DNA from: Candidatus Woesearchaeota archaeon
GTDB lineage: Archaea; Nanobdellota; Nanobdellia; Woesearchaeales; ARS49
Direction of reading: 5' to 3'
Assembly: GCA_019323575.1 (NCBI GenBank)
Contig: JAHWHB010000013.1
Coordinates: 1 to 38,465 of the forward strand
Length of the DNA stretch: 38,465 nt
In this document: one piece after another, positions 7,951-16,181 of the stretch
Numbering within the stretch: the stretch's first letter is position 1
Layout: each line of letters begins with the position of its first letter
Notes under the pieces: model-generated
Told to the model about the DNA's origin: nothing
Databases searched by the model: none
What the model saw: only the letters and a program-made list of their open reading frames with translations
Translations under genes and position numbers: made by a program

Positions 7951-8043
7951 TAAAATTGTAAAGTTTCCGAAGTTTAAAAGCGCTGCGCGCACGTGTCCAG
8001 TGGAAAACTTTAAAAGGAGTGAAGGTGGAATTCTTATGATAGT

Positions 8044-8147
8044 GGGGCTGTAGCTCAGCTTGGATAGAGCGGCTGTGCAAAAGCGCCGAACCTTCTATTC
8101 CGAGAGGAGAGAGCAGAAGATCGGGGGTTCAAATCCTCCCAGCCCCG
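8044..8147 (+). tRNA. tRNA-Arg (UCU) interrupted by two short introns (8076-8090 and 8098-8111)
   Basis: Acceptor GGGGCTG/CAGCCCC with discriminator G. The D arm is identical to that of tRNA-Arg(CCU) at 34106. T arm GGGGG-TTCAAAT-CCTCC. The gene is 104 nt, and removing 15 + 14 nt gives a 75-nt tRNA with anticodon arm GCTGC-CTTCTAA-GCAGA. Each insertion is flanked by a bulge-helix-bulge arrangement (details in findings). Confidence 0.75.
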
Positions 8148-8150
8148 CTT

Positions 8151-8738
8151 TTATATTCTTGGTTTTCTTAGAAGTTGTTCTATCACAAGTGCTAAGTCAA
8201 GACTTTTTGTTCTTTTTCTGCTTTTTATTGGTTGTTTTTTGTAGCTGTCTCTGACATATTCCCAACCGGAAAATAAGTTGCTGTTGGGTCTTGTTGTAAT
8301 TGCTACATATCCTCCTGGTTTTGTGTGCTGGATTATGTACTCTACCAGTTTTTGTTTTTCGTCAGGAGGGAGGTCTATTAGTGCGTGTATTGCTACAACT
8401 CCATCAAATTGTATTTCTGGTAGACTTTCTATGCCTTCTATTATTGTTAATGTTCCAGGCAGGCTGTTGCAACGTCTTTTTCTTTTTTGTTCAAATTCTG
8501 CTTTATATCTTTCAGCTGCCTTTGTCCATTCTTCATTTTCTCTTAGTTTTTCCATATCTGTATTTTTATTGATTAATGCATATACATCGTATCTTTTTGA
8601 TAGTAATTCTCCTAAATTTTCGCAGTTTCCTGGTTCTATGTCAAGAATTAGTCTTTGACAATTAATTAATGGAAGGTGATGCATTAATTCTTTTACGATT
8701 TCACTCACATATTCGGTTTTCTTGGCGTACTTGCTCAT
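8151..8738 (-). CDS. Class I (Rossmann-fold) methyltransferase-like protein with a degenerate SAM motif
   Basis: ILDIEPGNCENLGELL sits where motif I (VLDLGCGTG) is expected. Also FDGVVAIHALIDLP (motif II-like) and KPGGYVAITT. It is the last gene of the KH-top6B-top6A unit. The call is by pattern only. Confidence 0.45.
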   Translation of the reverse strand: MSKYAKKTEYVSEIVKELMHHLPLINCQRLILDIEPGNCENLGELLSKRYDVYALINKNTDMEKLRENEEWTKAAERYKAEFEQKRKRRCNSLPGTLTIIEGIESLPEIQFDGVVAIHALIDLPPDEKQKLVEYIIQHTKPGGYVAITTRPNSNLFSGWEYVRDSYKKQPIKSRKRTKSLDLALVIEQLLRKPRI

Positions 8739-8771
8739 GATTGATTTATTAGAATTCTTCTTTTTATATTC

Positions 8772-9848
8772 TTATTCTATCCAGTCTTGTTTTTTTATCT
8801 TTTCAGGTAAGTACTTATCAGTTATGAAGCTGATTCCCCTGCTGCTGAGTGCCTGGATTTCTGCTTTTGCTTTGAGTGTTTTCATTAGTTTGAATTGTCT
8901 TTGCCATGGTTTGTTGTCTTTGAACCATTCGTAGTTCTTGAGCTGCTCTATTCTTTTCAGGTCTATGTCTTTAAAGGCAATCAGATGCTTTTTCAATCCG
9001 TAGTTTTCTATGTCGTCTGCTGTTATTCCTATGAATCTGGCTGTGTTCAAGGTCATGCTTTCTGCCATGTGTGCTAAATTGATGGAGCCGAATTTCAAAA
9101 CAGAGTAAATGTAGAATCCCCACGGGTCAAAGTCCGCCAGGACATAAATCGGCAGTTTGTGTTCGTTGCTTAATCTTTGCAATAATCTCCTGATTCCTCT
9201 TGTTGTCTGTCCTTGTGAGCTCATGATTATGCAGTTTTGTTTGTCCCAGAATTTGTCTTCGTGCAGTCTTTCCCATACTGCTGCTTTTTCCATGTAGATT
9301 ACGTATTTTGCTTTGACTTTTTTGAATTTTATTTCTTCGACGTTGGATGGCACGCTCCATCCTCCGCTTCCCATTCTGCTCCAGTCTATTTCATCTCCTT
9401 TGTCTTCTACCACAACATTTCCTGCTACTGAGCCCATTTTGTTTGCGTTGATGTTTAGTTGTTCTCTTGAGTTGCCTGTTAGTAATTCCATGTCTTCTAT
9501 TGCGCTGTCGCTTTCTGATTGTTCGTCTACCACGTTTGTTTTTGTGTTTGGTATTGTTCTTTTTACCATGTAGAATACGTCTCTGAGTGATGCGTGTTTT
9601 CCTTCTTCCAGCAGTTCTTTGCTTACTGCTGCTACTTCCAGCGTCTGCAAAAACTTTTTGGCATGCGCCACATTAAAGAAGTTTCTTTCTGCTGTTTTGT
9701 TTCCCAGTTCTAGTGTTTCTGTTTTTTTGTTGAAGCTTACGTTAGACAAAGCCCTGATGGGCACTGTCATTTTTGGTTGTTTGTTTGCCAATACGTCTTT
9801 TACTAGTTCTTTTCCGAGTTCTTCTATTGCTTGTTTTGGTTTACTCAT
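8772..9848 (-). CDS. top6A: DNA topoisomerase VI subunit A (Spo11 family)
   Basis: LRDVFYMVKRT... and the Toprim region PIYVLADFDPWGFYIYSVLKFGS. I prefer the ATG at 9848 (the track start at 9854 is TTG). It overlaps the top6B stop (ATGAGTAA). Confidence 0.95.
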   Translation of the reverse strand: MSKPKQAIEELGKELVKDVLANKQPKMTVPIRALSNVSFNKKTETLELGNKTAERNFFNVAHAKKFLQTLEVAAVSKELLEEGKHASLRDVFYMVKRTIPNTKTNVVDEQSESDSAIEDMELLTGNSREQLNINANKMGSVAGNVVVEDKGDEIDWSRMGSGGWSVPSNVEEIKFKKVKAKYVIYMEKAAVWERLHEDKFWDKQNCIIMSSQGQTTRGIRRLLQRLSNEHKLPIYVLADFDPWGFYIYSVLKFGSINLAHMAESMTLNTARFIGITADDIENYGLKKHLIAFKDIDLKRIEQLKNYEWFKDNKPWQRQFKLMKTLKAKAEIQALSSRGISFITDKYLPEKIKKQDWIE

Positions 9849-11469
9849 CTTCAAATCCTTTTAGTTCTACTTGTTCTTCTTTGTCTTTTTTCTCTTTTTT
9901 TTCTACTTGATGTGCTTCTTTGTGTGCTTGTATGTATTCTTTGTTTTTTGCCAGCATTTTTTTCATGCTTTCTGCTATTTTTTCTTTTCCTATCCCGCTT
10001 ATTCTTGATAGTGCATCTGCTACTTCTGGGATGTAATTCTCGAATATGTTTACTCTTTCTTGTTGTTCTGATACTCTTCTTTTTTTGTTGACGTAGCTTC
10101 CTAGTCTTCTGCCGGCTTCCTGTAAAGCAAGTTTCATTTCTTTGATGATTTCTGGATAGTGTGCTATTGCCTCTTTTGCTTCTGATGTGAATGGCGGCCA
10201 TACTGATACCATTGAGACTACTACTGTTAATGGTCCTGATGGTATTGCGCCTTGGCTTTGTGTTAGTCCGTAGGGTTTCCAGTTTGTTTGGATTAGTGAT
10301 TTTGTGCACGCGCACGAGCCTTGCTGGTATAGCAATGGCACTCTGTTCGCAAATCTCAGTAAATTTACCGAGCCTTCTGCTTGTTGTTCTCCTCCGTATG
10401 CTAGTGCTACTTCTATTACGAATGGTATTCCTCTGTATACGTCTGGCGAGCGTGATACTGATGTGTAGAATTCTGCTGCTACTTCTTTGCGCAGTCCTTT
10501 CTCAAGCAGTTGTTCGCCTATGGGCACTATGCAGTCCGTGCTTGGTGCTATGATTTTTGTGTTTTTGATTGCTTCTATGAGTTTTTCCACGTGTGGCAGC
10601 TGCATCTCATGTGGTTTCATGTTTGTGAATAGTCCTGCTTTGTCGCAGATTTCTTTTGCTGTTTGTGGTCCTACTCTGCTGAACTCTTGTGTTAGGAAGC
10701 TTTGTAGTGTTCTGCAGACTGTTGCTTTTATCATTTTGAGCATTATTCCCAGTTCTACTCCGTATGGGTGTGGTTTGATTTCTGTTGGTTCTTTTGGTAG
10801 TTTGTCTGTTGCTCTTGGGAATATTAGTTGTTCTGCTTTTGGGTTTGTGTAGACTATTGTTGCGTGCGGGTTTGCGATTGCTGTTTGTTTTAGATATGAG
10901 TCGACGCTTTGGTCTCCTTTTTGGTAGCTTGCGTCTATGTCTAGTTCTATTTTTGTTCCGTGGTCTTTTTTCCAGGGTACTTCTTGGTCTTTTACTATTT
11001 CTGGTATGTTTTTTATTGTGTCAATGTGTAATTCGTAGTAGAATGATGGCTGGTTTTCTTTTATGCTGCTCCATATTTTTGCCGGTCTTCCTGTTGTTAA
11101 TTGTGCGTAGAGTACTGCTGCGCTGATTCCTATTCCTTGTTGTCCTCTTGCCTGTTTCATTGTGTGGAATTTGCTTCCGTACAATAGTTTTGCAAAGATG
11201 TTTGGGATTTGTTTTTTGACTATTCCTGGACCGTTGTCCTCTACTGTTATTCTGTATCTGTCGTTTCCCATTTCTACAATCTGGATGTTGATTTCTGGTA
11301 GTATTTTGGCGTCTTCGCATGCGTCTAGTGCGTTGTCTACTGCTTCTTTTACCACCGTCAATAGTGCTTTTCTTTTGTTGTCAAATCCTAGTAAGTGTCT
11401 GTTTCTTTCGAAGAATTCTGCTACTGAGATGTCTTTCTGTTTTTTTGCAAGTTCGTCTGCGACTGTCAT
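9841..11469 (-). CDS. top6B: DNA topoisomerase VI subunit B (GHKL ATPase)
   Basis: SVAEFFERNRHLLGFDN...EAVDNALDA (Bergerat N box), TVEDNGPGI, LLYGSKFH and GQQGIGISA. The true start is the ATG at 11469 (MTVADEL), which overlaps the upstream stop as ATGA. Track ORF residues 1-50 are an artefactual extension. Confidence 0.95.
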   Translation of the reverse strand: MTVADELAKKQKDISVAEFFERNRHLLGFDNKRKALLTVVKEAVDNALDACEDAKILPEINIQIVEMGNDRYRITVEDNGPGIVKKQIPNIFAKLLYGSKFHTMKQARGQQGIGISAAVLYAQLTTGRPAKIWSSIKENQPSFYYELHIDTIKNIPEIVKDQEVPWKKDHGTKIELDIDASYQKGDQSVDSYLKQTAIANPHATIVYTNPKAEQLIFPRATDKLPKEPTEIKPHPYGVELGIMLKMIKATVCRTLQSFLTQEFSRVGPQTAKEICDKAGLFTNMKPHEMQLPHVEKLIEAIKNTKIIAPSTDCIVPIGEQLLEKGLRKEVAAEFYTSVSRSPDVYRGIPFVIEVALAYGGEQQAEGSVNLLRFANRVPLLYQQGSCACTKSLIQTNWKPYGLTQSQGAIPSGPLTVVVSMVSVWPPFTSEAKEAIAHYPEIIKEMKLALQEAGRRLGSYVNKKRRVSEQQERVNIFENYIPEVADALSRISGIGKEKIAESMKKMLAKNKEYIQAHKEAHQVEKKEKKDKEEQVELKGFEDE

Positions 11470-12011
11470 ATTTCTGTTCTTCTTTGTTTTTTTCTTTTCT
11501 CTAGCCATCGGTATATGTGTGCGTGCGGGCTTCCTGCGAGCAGGCTTTCTATTGCTCTTCTGGCGTCTGTTATGTTTTCTGCAGGTCCTATTATTCCTAT
11601 TGTTTTTCCAAAAACGCACACGTTTGTTTGTGTTAGTTCTTCTATTATTCGCCTGCTTTTTCCTCCTTCTCCTATTACTCTTCCTCTTAGTCTTTCGAGG
11701 TCTTTTTGTGATTTGGAGTAGTCTTGTGCTGACACGAGCTCGAATGCGTAGTCTTGTTTTAGCAGTAGCAATGCGATTTCTGGGTTGAATCCTCTTCCTA
11801 TTGCTCTGACTATCTCTCTTGCGAGATAAAGTAACAGTGCGTCTTCTCCTGAAAGGCCTACTATTCCTTCTTCGCTGTTTACCTGTATTTTTGTTTTTGT
11901 TTCGTGCTCTATTGCGCGCTTTGTTTCGCCTTTTTTTCCTATGAGCACGGCGACGCGTTCTTTTGGAATGCGTAGTTCATATGTGAACTCCTGTTTAGGA
12001 GTGGAGGTCAT
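11466..12011 (-). CDS. KH-domain RNA-binding protein (archaeal Dim2/Pno1-like)
   Basis: Two KH modules: RVAVLIGKKGETKRAIEHETKTKIQV and RGRVIGEGGKSRRIIEELTQTNVCV. TATA (GGTTTAAAAAC, 12033-12043) lies 22-32 nt upstream of the ATG. Confidence 0.8.
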   Translation of the reverse strand: MTSTPKQEFTYELRIPKERVAVLIGKKGETKRAIEHETKTKIQVNSEEGIVGLSGEDALLLYLAREIVRAIGRGFNPEIALLLLKQDYAFELVSAQDYSKSQKDLERLRGRVIGEGGKSRRIIEELTQTNVCVFGKTIGIIGPAENITDARRAIESLLAGSPHAHIYRWLEKRKKQRRTEI

Positions 12012-12106
12012 GTTTCTGGCAAGTAAGCTAGTGGTTTAAAAACGTTGCGTTTAGCTACATAAAAACATATATATGGGTTGTTTTAGTGAATGTTTGAGGG
12101 GTGTTT

Positions 12107-13807
12107 ATGAAAGAGGAAGAGTATTTTGTGAAAACTAAGACTTTTGGTCCTGTTTTGGAGACTAGAGAGTTTACTGATGACGAGAAGGTTGTTTTAGGGC
12201 ATTTTTTTACTAATATTGACAGAAACATTTACGCTGCCACTGATGCTATGCCTAATTCTTTGTGGGCTTTGCTTGAAGGCGGGTATAGCAGAAGTCAGGT
12301 TTCTATGCGTATGCGTTTTCTTAATATTTTTGAGGAAATGAAAGAGGAGTGTGATAAGGGTTTGTTGCCTGAGGGGGATGTTGTTTCTGTTAAGGATTTT
12401 GCAAGTCAGATTCGTGATAATAAGGGTTTGAATATGTCTTTTTTCTTGCGCAAGGCGGAGCAGTTTATGCGCAAGTGGGCCGTGCAGTATGGTCATGATT
12501 CTCTTAAGGATTCTGATGTTGTCCGTTTTGCTGTTGAGAATATTACCCAGCTTGCTGTTCCTGCTATTCAGGAGGCGAGGCTTGGTGCTTATCAGGAAAA
12601 ATCTTCCAGGTATGTTCCTTTTTCCAAGGAGTCTTTGGTCGTTCCAATTGAGCTGAAGGATTTTGAGAAGGAGATTCGTGAGTGGAATGATTTTCTTCTT
12701 GATAGTTATAATGAGTCTAAGTCTTTTGTAAGTGATTTTTTCAGGAAAACTTTGAATCAATCTGCTTTTGCTTCTGAGGCTGCTTTTGATAGGACTGTTA
12801 ATGCCAAGACTTTGGATGTTATTCGTTATTTTTTGCCTGTTACAATTATGACTTCTTTGGGTATTGTTTGGCCCACTCGTGAGGCTGAACGCCATATCTC
12901 TCGTTTGATGAGCGATTCTAGGCAAGAGATTCAGGAGATTGGCAGAGCTTTGCTTGAAGAAGGCAAAAAGGTTTCTCCTGGTTTGTTGAGTCATGTTGCT
13001 GTTAATGATTATCAGCAAGTTAGGGAGAAAAATATTCGTTCTATGCCCGGGATCTCTTTGAATAAGCCTTCTCAGGAAAAGGGTCGTTCTTCTGATGCTG
13101 TGAAGCTCATTTCAATCTCTCCTGACATTGAGGCGGGAATGGCTGCTGCTGTCTTGTTTGAGCATTGTTCTTCTGGCAATAGTTATGATGAGTATTTGCA
13201 GGCCTGTCTTAAAGATAAGGCTCTTGTTGAAAGTGTGCTTAAGGAATATCTGGAAAATAGAGGGAAATTTGACTCTGTTCCTGTTCCGATTGAGACTGGC
13301 AATCTTCTTTTTGAAGTCACTGTTGATATGGGTGCGTTTCGCGATTTGAAAAGGCATCGCAGGAATTTGTTTTTGTGGGCTCCTTTTACTGCTTTGAAGG
13401 GTTTTGAGTATCCTGAGCACGTTTCTTCCGCTCCTGAGCTTGTTGAAGTTAAGAAGAAGATTGAGTTGTGTGCTGAAAAAACTGCTAAGCTTCATGAAAA
13501 GGTTCTTGCAAAGAATCCTAGGCTTGCTGAGTATATTGTTATGATGGCTAATAAGCAGCGTATGTTGTGGCAGATGGATCCTAGGCAGTTTGTTTATGTG
13601 ATGGAATTGCGCACTACTCCTGCTGGTCATTATTCTTATCGTACTATCTGCCAGAAGATGTTCAGGCTTGCTTCTCCTCATCTTCCTGTTCTAAGCAAAT
13701 ATACCAGGATTAATCTTACTTCTGGTGATGAGGGCAGGAAGCAGCAGGAGGAGAAGACTGTTGAGAAGCTTAAGGCTCTTGGTGCTGATGTTAGGAGAGT
13801 TTCGTGA
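12107..13807 (+). CDS. thyX: Long (about 566 aa) ThyX-like flavin-dependent thymidylate synthase homologue, apparent two-lobe fusion
   Basis: The C-terminal half has FEVTVDMGAFRDLKRHRR (ThyX RHR motif context) and QFVYVMELRTTPAGH (the ThyX ..ELR...H helix). The N-terminal half has GGYSRSQVSMRMRF, which resembles the S-x(n)-S-x-R part of the ThyX signature. It lies directly upstream of glyA. Confidence 0.55.
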   Translation: MKEEEYFVKTKTFGPVLETREFTDDEKVVLGHFFTNIDRNIYAATDAMPNSLWALLEGGYSRSQVSMRMRFLNIFEEMKEECDKGLLPEGDVVSVKDFASQIRDNKGLNMSFFLRKAEQFMRKWAVQYGHDSLKDSDVVRFAVENITQLAVPAIQEARLGAYQEKSSRYVPFSKESLVVPIELKDFEKEIREWNDFLLDSYNESKSFVSDFFRKTLNQSAFASEAAFDRTVNAKTLDVIRYFLPVTIMTSLGIVWPTREAERHISRLMSDSRQEIQEIGRALLEEGKKVSPGLLSHVAVNDYQQVREKNIRSMPGISLNKPSQEKGRSSDAVKLISISPDIEAGMAAAVLFEHCSSGNSYDEYLQACLKDKALVESVLKEYLENRGKFDSVPVPIETGNLLFEVTVDMGAFRDLKRHRRNLFLWAPFTALKGFEYPEHVSSAPELVEVKKKIELCAEKTAKLHEKVLAKNPRLAEYIVMMANKQRMLWQMDPRQFVYVMELRTTPAGHYSYRTICQKMFRLASPHLPVLSKYTRINLTSGDEGRKQQEEKTVEKLKALGADVRRVS

Positions 13808-15073
13808 ATGGACAATCTGAAAAAGTCTGATGTGGAAGTTTATAATGCGATGGTTAGCGAGCTGGATAGACAGCGGAATGTTATTGAGCTTGTTGCTTCT
13901 GAGAATATTGTAAGTAAGGCTGTGCTTGAGGCTACTGGAAGCTGGTTGACCAATAAGTACAGCGAGGGGCTTCCTAACAAGCGGTATTACGGCGGCAATC
14001 AGTTTATTGATGTTACTGAGCAGTTGGCGATTGATCGTGCTAAGAAGTTGTTTGGTGCTGAGCACGCTAATGTTCAGCCTCATTCTGGTAGTTCTGCTAA
14101 TCTTGCTGCTTATCTTGCTGTGCTTAAGCCTGGTGATGCTATTTTAGGTATGGATTTGGCGCATGGCGGTCATCTTACTCATGGTTCTCCTGTGAATTTT
14201 TCCGGGAAGCTTTTCAATTTTGTCTCTTATGGTGTTGATAAGGATTCTGAACAGGTTGACTTGAAGGTTGTTGAGGCGCTTGCTTTGAAGCATCGTCCGA
14301 AATTGATTCTTGCTGGTTTTTCTGCGTATCCGAGATTTCTGGACTTTAAAAAATTCCGGGAAATTGCTGACAAGGTTAATGCTTATTTGATGGTTGATAT
14401 GGCGCATGTTGCCGGCCTCATCGCTGCAAAGGTTTATCCTGATCCTGTTCCTTTTGCTGATATCATCACAACGACCACTCATAAGACTTTGCGTGGTCCT
14501 CGTGGTGCTTTGATTCTTTGCAAGACTGCTGATCGTTTGAATCCTTCTGATAAGAAGAATCTTGCTCAGAAGATGGATTCTGCTGTTTTTCCTGGAACTC
14601 AGGGAGGTCCTTTGGAGCACGTCATTGCTGCGAAGGCTGTTGCCTTTGGCGAGGCTTTGCTTCCGTCTTTTGTTGATTACCAGAAGCGGGTTGTTAAGAA
14701 CGCTCAGGTGCTTGCCAAGGTTTTGATTGATAATGGTTTTCGTCTTGTTTCTGGCGGTACTGATAATCATTTGATTTTGGTTGATGTTACTAATAAGAAT
14801 TTGAGTGGCAAGATTGCTGAGCATGCTCTTGATAAGGCTGGTATTTGTTGTAATAAGAATATGATTCCTTTTGATAGGCGTTCTCCTTTTGACCCTTCTG
14901 GTATCCGCTTGGGCACTCCTGCTGTTACAACCAGGGGTATGAAGGAGTCAGAGATGGAGCTTATTGGTGCTTGGATTTCAGAGGTTCTTCAGAATGTTAA
15001 TGACTCTGTTGTGCTGTCTTCTGTGCGTGAGAGAGTTTTGTCTCTTTGCCGTAAGTTTCCGATTTATGACTGA
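13808..15073 (+). CDS. glyA: Serine hydroxymethyltransferase
   Basis: [44 protein letters not shown], and [13 protein letters not shown] (the PLP lysine motif). Confidence 0.95.
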   Translation: MDNLKKSDVEVYNAMVSELDRQRNVIELVASENIVSKAVLEATGSWLTNKYSEGLPNKRYYGGNQFIDVTEQLAIDRAKKLFGAEHANVQPHSGSSANLAAYLAVLKPGDAILGMDLAHGGHLTHGSPVNFSGKLFNFVSYGVDKDSEQVDLKVVEALALKHRPKLILAGFSAYPRFLDFKKFREIADKVNAYLMVDMAHVAGLIAAKVYPDPVPFADIITTTTHKTLRGPRGALILCKTADRLNPSDKKNLAQKMDSAVFPGTQGGPLEHVIAAKAVAFGEALLPSFVDYQKRVVKNAQVLAKVLIDNGFRLVSGGTDNHLILVDVTNKNLSGKIAEHALDKAGICCNKNMIPFDRRSPFDPSGIRLGTPAVTTRGMKESEMELIGAWISEVLQNVNDSVVLSSVRERVLSLCRKFPIYD

Positions 15074-16181
15074 TTTCCATGATTTTTCCTGTTAGATAGC
15101 AGCTTCCTGTTACAAAGATTAGGTCGTCTTCTCTTGCTATGTTTTGTGCAAACCTTAGTGCTTCTGCAGGCTCTTCGACTATTGCGCATGGCCCGTCGTA
15201 TGCTAGCTTTGCTGGGTCTAGTGCTCTTTCAATCGGCGGCTTTGTCAATATGAGAAAGTCTGGTTTTGGTAGTGCTTTTATCATTTTTTTGTAGTTTTTG
15301 TCTGCTAGCACTCCGAATACTACTACTAGTTTTCTTTTTGGCAGTGCTTTCACGTATGGTGCTGTTGCTTTTATTGCTGTTAGATTGTGTGCGCAGTCCA
15401 CTAATAGATTTTTTGCCAGGTATTCCATTCTTCCCGGCCATTTGACGTGTGCTATTCCTTCTTGGATTATTTCTTCGTCTATTTCTAGTTGTTTGCAGAT
15501 TTCGTATGCTATTCCTGCGTTTGTTTTTTGGAAGCTGCCTCTTAGTCCGACTGTTCCTGTGTATGATTGTGTTGTTATTAGTTTTTTGCTTGCCTCTTTT
15601 ATCCATTTTAGTCCTGCATTGTTGTTGCATGTTATGACTGTGCTGTTTTTCTTGATTATGCCTGTTTTTTCTTTTGTTATTTCTTCTATTGTTTTTCCAA
15701 GTATGTGCGTGTGGTCTTCTCCTATGCTTGTTATTGCTGCTATTTCTGCGTCGCATACTGTTGTTGGATCGTTTTTTCCTCCCATCCCTGCTTCTAGTAT
15801 TGCGTAGTCCACTTTTTTTCTTGCAAAATAAAGAAGTGCCATTGCTGTGCAGAACTCAAAGAATTTTAATTCTAATCCTGTGCTTTTCACTTCTTTTATC
15901 AATTGTTTTATTTCGTCGTCTGTTATCTGCTGCCCGTTTACCTGTATTCTTTCGTTGAATTTCACCAAATGCGGGGAGGTGAACAAGCCTGTTTTTTTTC
16001 CGGCCCTTCTTAGCACTTCTGCTGTCATTGCTGCTGTGCTTCCTTTTCCGTTTGTTCCTGTTATTTGCATTACTCTGAGTTTTATGTGGGGGTCTCCAAG
16101 TCTTTTCATTGATTCTGTTATGTATTTGAGTCCTTTTTCTCCGTACCTGTTTAGTTTGTATAGCCAGTCCAGTTCTTTCAT
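14997..16181 (-). CDS. folC: Folylpolyglutamate synthase / dihydrofolate synthase (Mur ligase family)
   Basis: [40 protein letters not shown] (P-loop plus the FolC motif). I take the start as ATG 16181, which overlaps the rio stop as ATGA. The 3' end runs 77 nt into the convergent glyA. Confidence 0.85.
   Translation of the reverse strand: MKELDWLYKLNRYGEKGLKYITESMKRLGDPHIKLRVMQITGTNGKGSTAAMTAEVLRRAGKKTGLFTSPHLVKFNERIQVNGQQITDDEIKQLIKEVKSTGLELKFFEFCTAMALLYFARKKVDYAILEAGMGGKNDPTTVCDAEIAAITSIGEDHTHILGKTIEEITKEKTGIIKKNSTVITCNNNAGLKWIKEASKKLITTQSYTGTVGLRGSFQKTNAGIAYEICKQLEIDEEIIQEGIAHVKWPGRMEYLAKNLLVDCAHNLTAIKATAPYVKALPKRKLVVVFGVLADKNYKKMIKALPKPDFLILTKPPIERALDPAKLAYDGPCAIVEEPAEALRFAQNIAREDDLIFVTGSCYLTGKIMEISHKSETYGKETKLSHAQKTAQQSH

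Noticed and set aside
8044-8147. Interpretation of the 104-nt tRNA-like gene as a disrupted tRNA pseudogene
   Set aside because: Both insertions are bounded by bulge-helix-bulge arrangements with symmetric cleavage positions. Their removal restores a canonical 75-nt tRNA with an improved anticodon stem, and the promoter and T-rich terminator are intact.
11470-11619. 50-codon N-terminal extension of the top6B ORF (MRFWKNNRNN...)
   Set aside because: It lies entirely inside the upstream KH-protein gene in another frame. The conserved Top6B N-terminus begins at the ATG at 11469, which forms an ATGA overlap with that gene's stop.
12194-13681. 274-aa and 189-aa minus-strand ORFs inside the ThyX-like gene
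   Set aside because: They are antisense to a gene with recognisable ThyX motifs and a consistent + strand codon dialect. The translations are low-complexity (N/K/I/R/S-rich).
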